A stretch of 64,000 nt of DNA from Hemiscyllium ocellatum (Eukaryota): positions 35,020,909 to 35,084,908 of the forward strand of contig NC_083430.1 in assembly GCF_020745735.1 (NCBI RefSeq), read 5' to 3'. Positions 1 to 10,620 of the stretch are shown one piece after another (the stretch's first letter is position 1; the number at the start of each line of letters is the position of its first letter). The position numbers were made by a program, and so were the translations under genes. The notes under the pieces are model-generated. The model ran no database searches and was not told the DNA's origin. It was given only the letters and a program-made list of their open reading frames with translations.

Positions 1-770
1 TGAGGATTGCTAACACAACAACAGATGAGCTGAGTCAGGGGCAGAGACAGAGATAGATCATATTATAGAAGTGCATGTAAATTACCTTGGTGATGGAGAC
101 TTAGCAGAGGACCCAGTACCTACTACTACTACAGATGGATATTTGAGGTTCTGTGAGGCTTCTTGTACTGTTCGAAAACATTATTTGCTTCAGTCTGTTT
201 AGAGTCATTTTACAGCAGGCATGAAGCAGTGCCATGGAGTGGCCTTCACAAAATGGTATACTTCCTTTAGCTAATTCAACCACAAAAGTAACATGTTTCA
301 ATGATGTAAATTTTATTCACAGCTCTTTGAAACATCTTTTTTGTGAAAGAAAATGACTATGAGAACCCTTAATAGGGAGAGATGAACTCTGAACCGCAAT
401 TAAATCAGAGATTTTGGAGCGACGTTTACAGGGGGGGTAGGGGGTGGTGTGGGGAAGAAGGAATTTAGTGGTGAAATTCAGAGGCTGGAGCAGAGTGTCT
501 GAATAACCATTCTCCAACATTGAAAACACCGTCCCAGTTTCTACCAAAGGATTCTTTCATAGGACTTAAACAGGATGCAGAATGCATTGGTCATTCACCC
601 AATTGGATAATAGAGAAATAATACTGGCAATATTACATACATAAAATACCAAGAGACAATACAGGTGATCAGTCATGTAATCTTCTGGATTAGTTCTATT
701 CAATTGAACGGAATGGTAGGAAAATAATTTTCCCAACTATTTCTCCCTTTATAAGTCCTAGAATTTTTCC

Positions 771-917
771 AAAATAAAGAATTGCAGAAGCTGAAGATCT
801 GAAACAAAAACAGAAAATGCTGGAGAAACTCAACAGGTAGGGCAGCATCTGTGGAGGGAAAGCAGAGTTAATGTTTCGAATCTAGTAATCTTTCTTCAGC
901 ATTTTCTGTTTTTGTCT
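771..917. mobile_element. Degenerate mini fold-back PLE 3'-end (family C) with decayed hammerhead core
   Basis: aaacaaaaacagaaaatgctg (~802-822) is inverted at cagcattttctgtttttgt (~897-915). The minus strand reads CTGAAGA-aagattactagattc-GAAAcattaa, and the sequence resembles other family C ends in the window. Confidence 0.55.
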
Positions 918-1496
918 AAGACCTTTCCTTTTTTTTTTGCATGTCCCTAACAGACGAGGCAGCCTCTTTACAAGGGAAGGTGGTTCATGTGGTAATGGCG
1001 GATGGACTTGCTGGTCTTTTCCAGAATCAGAGAATTGTGATGGTGCACATAGAGGACATTTAATCCATTGTGTTTGTGCTAGCCTTTCTACTTGATATAT
1101 TCTTTTCTCTGATCGCCAGAATCTTGGCATTTGGGCACATCCCATTCAGAGAACTTGGGTCCCTATCAGAAAAATGCATGAAAAGTGAAATATTGATTTG
1201 TTTAAGAGGATTAGCCTACTTTCTTCACTGTGACTTGAGAAAACAGGCAATAAGAAGGATCTAAAAGCAAAATGTTAGGATAACTCTCCTGGCACAAGAT
1301 TTTAAAAATAAATGAACTATAAACGTTTCCTCACAGTGACCCAGTTGAAGTGTTTTTGAGCCTGATCCAGTTCCTTCCTCAGGAGTAGATGAAGAATTAC
1401 ATCTGTACAATGGTTTCTCATGCGATTAACCATATCTCTACCTAAAATGCAATGTTATTTAGACTGGGTCGTATTTCAGATCAGATTACTGTGCGT

Positions 1497-1940
1497 TCTG
1501 TAAAGAAAATTCAGGTTAATATTTTGGTTGAAAGTCTTTCCTTGACAGCTCTTTTTCTCCACCAGAATCTGTCTCTTTTCAGATATTGACAAACCTGTTT
1601 CTTTTTTAAATCGCAGTAACAGCTTCTGTTACTTTTTCCCCTCTACATTTTCCCCTTTTACAAATTCACAAATTGCTGATCTTCAAGTGGAACATTCTGG
1701 AATGAGAACTTTGAAATAACTATTCTGGTCTGTTTATGCATTTATTTTTAATCAATCACAGACATGGGCATCACTGACTGGGGCATATTTATTATCTATC
1801 CCTAACTGCCCTTGAGAAGGTGATAGTGAACTGCCTTCTTGGACTGTTACAGCCCAGGGAGTATGGGACAGCCAAAATTATGATTTGACCCAGTGCCAGT
1901 GAAGGAACATCAATTTGGTCCCGTGCCAAGATGGTGTGTG
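1497..1940. repeat. Left arm of 444 bp inverted duplication (partner 3121-3564)
   Basis: Direct reverse-complement match; the ORF track shows the near-identical peptide HTILA[R/Q]DQIDVPSLALGQIIILAVPYSLGCNSPRRQ on opposite strands. Confidence 0.95.
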
Positions 1941-2614
1941 ATCTGTCATCCAATCTGTGTGGGTAAAAATCAAACCATGGAGGCATTTCAATCAGAGATT
2001 TTAAAAAAATACCGTCTATGGAAAAGCTCAGCAAATTATTGCCACCCAAAAGGGAAAGTTGTGGGTGGAATCTCCCTCAATTCCCACACACACACCCTCC
2101 AGCACCCCACACTTTTCACATCCATGCCCCCCCGTCACTCCCCAAGGCAATAGCACATGACCACTCCCCATGCTGACACATTCGGATACCCTTCATCACA
2201 TCCTCCTGGTATCCATCATTCTTTCAGCCAATGCCTGGACCTTCTTTCGCTGTCCACCCTCACTCCATGTTGTTCCCGTTCACTCTTCGTGTCAAAAGCC
2301 CTCTGTTGCACATTAATGCCACTCCAGTCTTCTTGAAAATGCCACGCCCAGTGACTTCATGCTGATCACCAATCCCATTCCCCAACATTTAATAGGAGGT
2401 CACTTTCTCTTCCCTCTAACTCCCTATGCTCACCATTCCAACATTCTACATCATTCTGTTCACTGCTAAATGATCTTCACTTTAATAATACTGTTTCCTT
2501 CCTTTGAGGACTCCCACACCATCTCCCCTCCAATGCCTTTTGTTCTTCTGCATGTTTGCCCGGTTGTTATAGGTCGAAAATTAGAAGAGTCATTCAAGTG
2601 GAATGGGCTCCTCC

Positions 2615-3320
2615 TCAGCCAAAATAAAGCAACAAGATTCACTCCCTCCAGCACAAACACACAATAGCAGCAGTGTGTACCATCTACAAGATGCTCAACT
2701 CCAAGTTGGCACGGTGGCTCTGTGGTTAGCACTGCTGCCTCATGGGACTCAGGTTCGATTCCAGCCTCGGGCAGCTGCCTGTGTGGAGTTTGCACATTCT
2801 CCCCGTGTCTGTGTGGGTTTCCTCCAGGCACTCCGGTTTCCTCCTACAATCCAAACAATATACACATCAGGTGATTTGGCCTTGCTAAATTATCCGTAGT
2901 GTTAGGTGCATTAGGCAGGGGTAAATATAGGGTTGGGGTGGGTTACTCTTCGGAGGGTCGGTGTGGACTTGTTGGGCTGAAGGGCCTGTTTCCATACTGT
3001 AGGGAATCTAATCTGATCTCTTCCTTTAACAGTGTCCTCCAAACCCAAAACCTCTATCACTAATAGGTAAGGGCAGCAGATGTATGAGTGGAACTATCAT
3101 CTGCAGGTTCCCCTCCAAGCCACACACCATCTTGGCACAGGACCAAATTGATGTTCCTTCACTGGCACTGGGTCAAATCATAATTTTGGCTGTCCCATAC
3201 TCCCTGGGCTGTAACAGTCCAAGAAGGCAGTTCACTATCACCTTCTCAAGGGCAGTTAGGGACAGACAATAAATATGCCCCAGTCAGTGATGCCCATGTC
3301 ATGTGATTGATTAAAAATAA
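2615..3320 (+). mobile_element. 3' fragment of a CR1/L2-group LINE interrupted by a SINE
   Basis: gcagcagtgtgtaccatctacaagatg...aagggcagcagat...ttcccctccaagccacac...caccttctcaagggcagttagg...aataaa, recognised as a shark LINE 3' end; same family at 48290-50715. Confidence 0.6.
2708..3018 (+). mobile_element. tRNA-derived V-SINE (HE1-like)
   Basis: A-box TGGCTCTGTGG, B-box GGTTCGATTCC, V-domain ctgtgtggagtttgcacattctccccgtgtctg, CR1-like 3' tail gggcctgtttccatactgtaggg. Confidence 0.85.
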
Positions 3321-3564
3321 ATGCATAAACAGACCAGAATAGTTATTCCAAAGTTCTCATTCCAGAATGTTCCACTTGAAGATCAGCAATTTGTGAATTT
3401 GTAAAAGGGGAAAATGTAGAGGGGAAAAAGCTTACAGAGGTAGTTACAGAGATTTAAAAAACCCAGGTTTGTCGATATCTGAAAAGAGACAGATGGTGGA
3501 GGAGAAAAGGAGCTGTCAAGGAAAGACTTTCAACCAAAATATTAACCTGAATTTTCTTTACAGA
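3121..3564. repeat. Right arm of 444 bp inverted duplication
   Basis: Reverse complement of 1497-1940. Contains a LINE 3' tail (to ~3320) plus ~240 bp of apparently unique sequence. Confidence 0.95.
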
Positions 3565-3865
3565 GTCATTGAGTCATACACAGAAATAGATCCTTCGGCC
3601 CAACTCAACCGCACCAAACCTATATCCCAAACTTAACTAGTGCCATCTGCCTGTGTTTGACCATAGCCCTCTAAACGTTTCCTATGCACCTGTCCTAATG
3701 TCTTTCAAATGTTGTAATTGTACTACTCACCTCTACCACTTCCTCTGGCAGCTCATTCCACACGTGCACCACCCTTTATGTGAAAAAGTTGCCCTCTTGA
3801 GTCCCTTTTAAATCTTTCCCTTTCACCTTAAACCTATGTCCTTCAGTTTTGGTTTTCCCTATTTG
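3565..3865 (-). mobile_element. 5'-truncated CR1 LINE 3' end
   Basis: Reverse complement of the CR1 3' end seen at 20000-20313, including the (tctatgac)-type tail. Confidence 0.8.
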
Positions 3866-4257
3866 GGATGATGTTAGACCTGCTGATGGTTTCCAGCTGA
3901 TGTTTGCTTTTCATTTTAACTTTTCTCATTTGCATTCACTGTTTCTGCTCAAGGACGAGTGGTGCTCTCGTAGACAGTGGGGTTTCCTCAATAGGAACCA
4001 GTCCTGACTGGTCAATCATGGGTACCCTGCGCATGGCCTCTGTGCTTCCATATATAGCTATCATGGCAATGTTGGCCACTAACCTAGGAAACTATAACCA
4101 GACAAACAAATTCCTCATACTCATGGTTTTAGGACCTTGACAATCTCCTGACAACGTTTTCAGTAGTTTTCTGTTCAGGTTCGATGAAAATCTAGGGTGG
4201 AATCAGCCCTGCAAGGACTGATTGGTCAAAGGGGTCTGTTTCCGTACTGTATGACTC

Positions 4258-4357
4258 TATGAAGAAGGATCACTGGACATGAAGCATTAACACTAATTTC
4301 TTTCCACAGATGTTACCAGACGTGCTGAGCTTTCCCTGCAACTTCAGTTTTTGTTCG
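4258..4357 (+). mobile_element. PLE family C 3' end fragment
   Basis: tgaaga...gaagcattaac...ccacagatgttaccagacgtgctgagctttccctgcaacttcagtttttg, similar to 36870-36952. Confidence 0.5.
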
Positions 4358-4577
4358 CAATTCTGGTGGAATCACCTGAACTAGTGTAACGAATCTGAGT
4401 ACTTTGAAATGTAGCAGTAGATTTTCCCAATGACCTGATTGTCATTATTCTAGCATTGATCTGTGTTGTGAATTGGGGGCCCCATTGTAGCTCACTGCAA
4501 AGCAATTACCCAGGAAACAGATTACGTTGGGCAATTCTCCTATGCCACAAACTATCTGAAAAATCTCCATACCTGAT

Positions 4578-4701
4578 TTCACCTGACAAAGGGGCAGTGC
4601 TCAGAAAGTTTGTGATTTCAAATAAACCTGTTGAACTATAACCTGCTGCTGTGTGACTTTTAATCTTGTCCAGCCCAGTCCAACACCAGCATCTCCACAT
4701 T
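4578..4701 (+). mobile_element. PLE family B 3' end with decayed hammerhead
   Basis: cacctgacaaaggggcagtgctcagaaagtttgtg...aataaacctgttgaactataacctg...cagtccaacaccagcatctccacat matches the reverse complement of 5314-5440. Confidence 0.75.
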
Positions 4702-4734
4702 GTGAGAGAGAGCCTATAGTTTGACAGGACTATG

Positions 4735-5062
4735 GTGGCCTTACTTTATAGTACAATGGTTGCATCCCTACCTCTGGACTGAAAAGTCTAGACTCAAGTC
4801 TCAGCTGCCCCAGTGATATATATGACATGCCTGATTAGGTTGATTAAGAATATAATCTGGAGAGCGAGTCAGTACTGCATCATCTTTTAATAGGAGGGTG
4901 CAGGATTCAAGCTCCTATCTGATTGCTTCTTTCAAGTCTGTCTTCAAGAAGCTCTCGTGGTACTATGGTAGTGTCCCTCCCTCTGGGCCAGAAGGGCTTT
5001 GGTTCAAGCTCCCCCTGCTTCAGGGTGTACCACAGCATGTCTGAACAGGTTGATCGAAAATA
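4735..5062 (+). mobile_element. Two degenerate tRNA-like SINE heads in tandem (~4735-4850, ~4950-5062)
   Basis: Both read ...atggt(t/a)g..tccct.cctctgg...gaa...tcaag...catg.ctga..aggttgat; B-box-like GGTTCAAGCTCC in the second copy. Confidence 0.5.
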
Positions 5063-5403
5063 GTTATGTCCCAACTGTACAAAGGAACAAAGTACAAAAA
5101 CAAAGTTGTGCTGCCCCTTTGTACTAATTCTTGATATATGTAACACATTTGTCATTATTCAAACACTTTAGCAAAAACAAATAGCACAATCTAAGCATTT
5201 TAACAAACAGATTTAAAAGAGTAATGAACAAACCCTTGTATTTTTCATGCAGCCCAAATTAAGAATTTTGGCAAACCCAGCACTGCCACCAGCAGGGATA
5301 TAACGGTATTACATGATTTGGAGATGCCGGTGTTGGACTGGGGTGTACAAAGTTAAAAATCACACAACACCAGATTATAGTCCAATAGATTTAATTGGAA
5401 GCA

Positions 5404-5438
5404 CACTAGCTTTCGGAGCGATGCTCCTTCATCAGGTG
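5404..5438 (-). ncRNA. Minimal type I hammerhead ribozyme motif (family B)
   Basis: Minus strand: cac CTGATGA a ggagc atc gctcc GAAA gc ta^gtg. Stem I cac/gtg, 5 bp stem II, NUH = CUA. Confidence 0.8.
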
Positions 5439-5657
5439 ATTGTGGAGGGCTCAATCCTAACACAGAATTTATAGCAAAGATTTACAGTGTGATGTAACTG
5501 AAATTATACATAGAAAAATTGATTGTCTGTTAAGTCTTTCATCTGTTAGAATACACCGATAGTTTCACTTCTTTCATGTGTAAATCACAAAACATTTTTT
5601 TTAAAGTTAAAAATCACACAACACCAGGTTATAGTCCAACAGGTTTAATTGGAAACA

Positions 5658-5692
5658 CACTAGCTTTCGGAGCGACGCTCCTTCATCAGGTG
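5658..5692 (-). ncRNA. Minimal type I hammerhead ribozyme motif (family B, second tandem copy)
   Basis: Minus strand: cac CTGATGA a ggagc gtc gctcc GAAA gc ta^gtg. Confidence 0.8.
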
Positions 5693-6094
5693 ATTGTGGA
5701 GGGCTCAATCCTAACACAGACTTTATAACAAAAATTTGCAATGTAACTGAAATTATACATTGAAAAATTGATTGTCTGTTAAGCCTTTCATCTGTTAGAA
5801 TACTGTGATAGTTTCACTTCTTTCATGTGTAAATCACAAAATCCTTCTTTTTAAAGTTGCATTCTCGGGTTAGCAGCTAACAATGGTGATAGCTAGACAA
5901 TATGTTGAAGGTATTAGCCCCCTGTGTTCTCTGTCTATGACCTGATGTTTAGATTGATTCTAATCTAATAAGTGAGATAATAGTGTTTTACATAAATTCC
6001 TGCAGTTTTTGAGCTCCGAGTTCTACATGAATGTATGCAGTTTTTGAGCAAAGTGCAATGTAACTCTGCAAGTACAAATTCACTACACACAAAA

Positions 6095-6335
6095 TATGTG
6101 TGCATGTGGGTCTTTGTCTGTCTGTGTGTGTGTGTGTCTGCCGTGGGGGTTGTGAGTGTGAGAAAGTGTGTGTGTGTGTGTGTGTGTGTGGCGGGTGCAG
6201 AGTGTCTTAAGTCATGTGTGAGCGTGGGAGTGTGTGTGTCTATGAGGGTGTGTGTGGATGTCTGTGTGTGTGTCTGTGTGTACCTGTGTCCGTGTGTGTG
6301 TGTGTGTGTAGGAATATCTGTGTGTGTGTGTGTGT
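6095..6335. repeat. Degenerate (TG)n microsatellite in the 3' UTR of the family B PLE
   Basis: Visible TG runs directly downstream (minus strand) of the GIY-YIG stop codon. Confidence 0.9.
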
Positions 6336-6348
6336 AGTGTAATGGTGA

Positions 6349-6628
6349 TCACCTGTAATGTGACATGAACCCAAGGTCCCGGTTGAGGCCCTCCCTATGG
6401 GTACCGAACTTAGCTTTCAGCCTCTGCTCGGCCACTTTCCTCTGCTGCCTGTCCCGAAGTCCACCTTGGAGGATGGTCACCCGAAGGTCCGAGGCTGAAT
6501 GTCCTGGACCACTGAAGTGTTCCCCAACTGGGAGGGAACCCTCCTGTCTGTTGATTGTTGTGCGGTGCCCATTCATCTGTTGTCATAGCCTTTGCTCGGT
6601 TTCCCCAATGTACCATGCCTCCGGGCAT
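6349..6628 (-). pseudogene. C-terminal GIY-YIG endonuclease fragment of family B PLE
   Basis: CPEAWYIGETEQRL*QQMNGHRTTI...PVGEHFSGPGH...VAEQRLKAKFGT...GLN, containing the YIG motif, catalytic Glu region and terminal GLN; one in-frame stop. Confidence 0.85.
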
Positions 6629-7004
6629 GGTACATCATGGCAACTATTTTTAAAAGTTGCATTCTCAGGTTAGCTGTTAACAATGGTGATAGCTAGACAA
6701 TATGTTGAAGGTGTTGGCCCCCTGTGTTCTCTGTCTATGCCATGATGTTTAGATTGATTCTAATATAAAAAATGAGATAACGGAGTTTTACATAAATTCA
6801 TGCAGTTTTTGAGCTCAGAGTACATAAATGCATGCAGTTACTGAGCAAAGTACTCAAAAACTACATGAATTTACATAAAACTTCGCTTTCTCACTTTTTA
6901 GATTAGAATCAATCTTAACAACATGGCATAGACAGAGAACACAGGGGTGCAAATGTGTTGCTGGTCAAAGCACAGCAGGCCAGGCAGCATCTCAGGAATA
7001 GAGA

Positions 7005-7040
7005 ATTCGACGTTTCGAGCATAAGCCCTTCATCAGGAAT
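7005..7040 (-). ncRNA. Minimal hammerhead ribozyme motif (family A)
   Basis: Minus strand: attc CTGATGA a gggc ttat gctc GAAA cgtc^gaat. Confidence 0.82.
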
Positions 7041-7192
7041 AAGAGAGAGAGAGCCAAGCAGGCTAAGATAAAAGGTAGGGAGGAGGGACTAGGGGGAGGG
7101 GCGATGGAGGTGGGATAGGTGGAAGGAGGTCAAGGTGAGGGTGATAGGCCGGAGTGGGGTGGGGGCGGAGAGGTCAGGAAGAGGATTGCAGA

Positions 7193-8185
7193 TTAGGAGG
7201 GCGGTGCTGAGTTAGAGGAAACCGACTGAGACAAGGTGGGGGGAGGGGAGATGAGGAAACTGGAGAAATCTGAATTCATACCTTGTGGTTGGAGGGTTCC
7301 CAGGCGGAAGATGAGGCGCTCCTCCTCCAGCCGTCGTGTAGTTGTGTTCTGCCGGTGGAGGAGTCCAAGGACCTGCATGTCCTCGGTGGAGTGGGAGGGA
7401 GAGTTAAAGTGTTGAGCCACGGGGTGATTGGGTTGGTTGGTTCGGGCGGCCCGGAGGTGTTCTCTGAAGCGTTCAGCAAGTAAGCGGCCCGTCTCCCCAA
7501 TATAGAGGAGGCCACATCGGGTGCAGCGGATGCAATAGATGATGTGTGTGGAGGTACAGGTGAACTTGTGGCGGATATGGAAGGATCCCTTGGGGCCTTG
7601 GAGGGAAGTGAGTGTGGAGGTGTGGGCGCAAGTTTTACATTTCCTGCGGTTGCAGGGGAAGGTGCCGGGGGTGGAGGTTGGGTTGGTGGGGGGTGTGGAT
7701 CTGACGAGGGAGTCACGAAGGGAGTGGTCCTTGCGGAACGCTGATAGGGGAGGGGAGGGAAATATATCCTTGGTGGTGGGGTCCGTTTGGAGGTGGCGGA
7801 AATGGCGGCGGATGATACGTTGTATGCGGAGGTTGGTGGGGTGGTAGGTGAGAACCAGTGGGGTTCTGTCTTGGTGGCGGTTGGAGGAGCGGGGCTCAAG
7901 GGCAGAGGAGCGGGAAGTGGAGGAGATGCGGTGGAGGGCATCGTCGATCACGTCTGGGGGGAATCTGCGGTCCTTGAAGAAGGAGGCCATCTGGGCTGTG
8001 CGGTGTTGGAATTGGTCCTCCTGGGAGCAGATGCGGCGGAGACGAAGGAATTGGGAATATGGGATGGCGTTTTTACAGGGGGCAGGGTGGGAGGAGGTGT
8101 GGTCCAGGTAGCTGTGGGAGTCAGTCGGTTTATAATAGATGTCTGTGTTGAGTCGGTCGCCCGAGATAGAAATGGAAAGGTCTAG
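7193..8185 (-). CDS. Inverted duplicate of the PLE RT thumb and GIY-YIG domain
   Basis: Same protein as the C-terminus of the main copy (LDLSISISGDRLNTDIYYKPTD...YIGETG...); the first ~37 aa of ORF 7193..8296 are antisense read-through. Confidence 0.85.
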   Translation of the reverse strand, partial: LDLSISISGDRLNTDIYYKPTDSHSYLDHTSSHPAPCKNAIPYSQFLRLRRICSQEDQFQHRTAQMASFFKDRRFPPDVIDDALHRISSTSRSSALEPRSSNRHQDRTPLVLTYHPTNLRIQRIIRRHFRHLQTDPTTKDIFPSPPLSAFRKDHSLRDSLVRSTPPTNPTSTPGTFPCNRRKCKTCAHTSTLTSLQGPKGSFHIRHKFTCTSTHIIYCIRCTRCGLLYIGETGRLLAERFREHLRAARTNQPNHPVAQHFNSPSHSTEDMQVLGLLHRQNTTTRRLEEERLIFRLGTLQPQGMNSDFSSFLISPPPTLSQSVSSNSAPPS

Positions 8186-10432
8186 CCGGATTTTCACCAT
8201 CCCTCCAGATCTCCCCCTCTCTGAGGATGAAAGATCAGTCCTCAGCAGGGGCCTCACCTTCGTTCCCCTACGCCCTCGGATTAATGAGTTCAACACGCGG
8301 CGAGATATTGAACAATTCTTCCGCCGCCTTCGCCTCCGTGCCTACTTTCACAACCAAGACTCCCGCCCACCCTCTGACGACCCCTTCTCCCGCCTCCAAC
8401 ACACCCCATCCACCTGGACACCCCGTGCTGGCCTCCTACCCGCCCTCGACCTCTTTATAGCCAACTGCCGCCGTGACATCAACCGACTCAACCTGTCCAC
8501 CCCTCTCACCCACTCCAACCTCTCACCCTCAGAACGTGCAGCCCTCCACTCCCTCCGCTCCAATCCCAACCTCACCATCAAACCCGCAGACAAGGGAGGC
8601 GCGGTGGTAGTTTGGCGCACTGACCTGTATACCGCTGAAGCCAAACGCCAGCTCGCGGACGCCTCCTCTTATCGCCCCCTTGACCACGACCCCACCTCCC
8701 ACCACCAAACCATCATCTCCCAGACCATCCAGGACCTCATCACCTCAGGGGATCTCCCATCCACCGCCTCCAACCTTATAGTCCCACAACCCCGCACCGC
8801 CCGTTTCTACCTCCTGCCCAAAATCCACAAACCTGCCTGCCCCGGCCGACCCATTGTCTCAGCCTGCTCCTGCCCCACCGAACTCATCTCCCAATACCTC
8901 GACACGGTCCTGTCCCCTTTAGTCCAAGAACTCCCCACCTACGTTCGGGACACCACCCACGCCCTCCACCTCCTCCAGGATTTTCGCTTCCCCGGTCCCC
9001 AACGCCTTATTTTCACTATGGACATCCAGTCCCTGTACACCTCCATCCCCCATCACGAAGGACTCAAAGCCCTCCGCTTCTTCCTTTCCCGCCGCACCAA
9101 CCAGTACCCTTCCACTGACACCCTCCTTCGACTGACTGAACTGGTCCTCACCCTGAATAACTTCTCTTTTCAATCCTCCCACTTCCTCCAAACTAAAGGA
9201 GTTGCCATGGGCACCCGCATGGGCCCCAGCTATGCCTGCCTCTTCGTAGGATATGTGGAACAGTCCATCTTCCGCAACTACACTGGCACCAACCCCACCT
9301 TTTCCTCCGCTACATCGATGACTGTATCGGCGCTGCCTCGTGCTCCCACGAGGAGGTTGAACAGTTCATCAACTTTACTAACACCTTCCATCCTGACCTG
9401 AAATTCACCTGGACTGTCTCAGACTCCTCCCTCCCCTTCCTAGACCTTTCCATTTCTATCTCGGGCGACCGACTCAACACAGACATCTATTATAAACCGA
9501 CTGACTCCCACAGCTACCTGGACCACACCTCCTCCCACCCTGCCCCCTGTAAAAACGCCATCCCATATTCCCAATTCCTTCGTCTCCGCCGCATCTGCTC
9601 CCAGGAGGACCAATTCCAACACCGCACAGCCCAGATGGCCTCCTTCTTCAAGGACCGCAGATTCCCCCCAGACGTGATCGACGATGCCCTCCACCGCATC
9701 TCCTCCACTTCCCGCTCCTCCGCCCTTGAGCCCCGCTCCTCCAACCGCCACCAAGACAGAACCCCACTGGTTCTCACCTACCACCCCACCAACCTCCGCA
9801 TACAACGTATCATCCGCCGCCATTTCCGCCACCTCCAAACGGACCCCACCACCAAGGATATATTTCCCTCCCCTCCCCTATCAGCGTTCCGCAAGGACCA
9901 CTCCCTTCGTGACTCCCTCGTCAGATCCACACCCCCCACCAACCCAACCTCCACCCCCAGCACCTTCCCCTGCAACCGCAGGAAATGTAAAACTTGCGCC
10001 CACACCTCCACACTCACTTCCCTCCAAGGCCCCAAGGGATCCTTCCATATCCGCCACAAGTTCACCTGTACCTCCACACACATCATCTATTGCATCCGCT
10101 GCACCCGATGTGGCCTCCTCTATATTGGGGAGACGGGCCGCTTACTTGCTGAACGCTTCAGAGAACACCTCCGGGCCGCCCGAACCAACCAACCCAATCA
10201 CCCCGTGGCTCAACACTTTAACTCTCCCTCCCACTCCACCGAGGACATGCAGGTCCTTGGACTCCTCCACCGGCAGAACACAACTACACGACGGCTGGAG
10301 GAGGAGCGCCTCATCTTCCGCCTGGGAACCCTCCAACCACAAGGTATGAATTCAGATTTCTCCAGTTTCCTCATCTCCCCTCCCCCCACCTTGTCTCAGT
10401 CGGTTTCCTCTAACTCAGCACCGCCCTCCTAA
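8186..10432 (+). CDS. 5'-truncated PLE polyprotein: reverse transcriptase plus GIY-YIG endonuclease, with a single 1 nt frameshift near 9293
   Basis: RT motifs IKPADKGG, LLPKIHK, GRPIVS, DIQSLYTSIP, GVAMG, then YIDD (9311-9322) in the shifted frame. These are followed by FLDL, YYKPTD, the Cys motif CNRRKCKTC and IIYCIRC...LYIGETGR...RFREH...EERLI...GMN. Confidence 0.93.
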
Positions 10433-10584
10433 TCTGCAATCCTCTTCCTGACCTCTCCGCCCCCACCCCACTCCGGCCTATCACCCTCACCTTGACCTCC
10501 TTCCACCTATCCCACCTCCATCGCCCCTCCCCCTAGTCCCTCCTCCCTACCTTTTACCTTAGCCTGCTTGGCTCTCTCTCTCTT

Positions 10585-10620
10585 ATTCCTGATGAAGGGC
10601 TTATGCTCGAAACGTCGAAT
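10585..10620 (+). ncRNA. Minimal hammerhead ribozyme motif (family A)
   Basis: attc CTGATGA a gggc ttat gctc GAAA cgtc^gaat. Stem I attc/gaat, GUC triplet, predicted cleavage after 10616, palindromic ACGT in place of stem III. Confidence 0.85.

Noticed and set aside
2708-2780. tRNA-like A/B boxes
   Set aside because: SINE heads without a full cloverleaf; not tRNA genes.
6035-6337. 100 aa Cys/Val-rich ORF
   Set aside because: Translation of a (TG)n microsatellite.
8139-8185. ATG start of the 420 aa ORF
   Set aside because: It lies in the inverted arm (antisense PLE sequence), so it is a junction artefact and not the native start.
7276-10349. Several long Pro/Thr-rich or Gly/Val-rich ORFs (e.g. 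7276-7941, 9684-10349, and 22927-23799 elsewhere)
   Set aside because: Alternative-frame or antisense shadows of the C-rich PLE coding strand.
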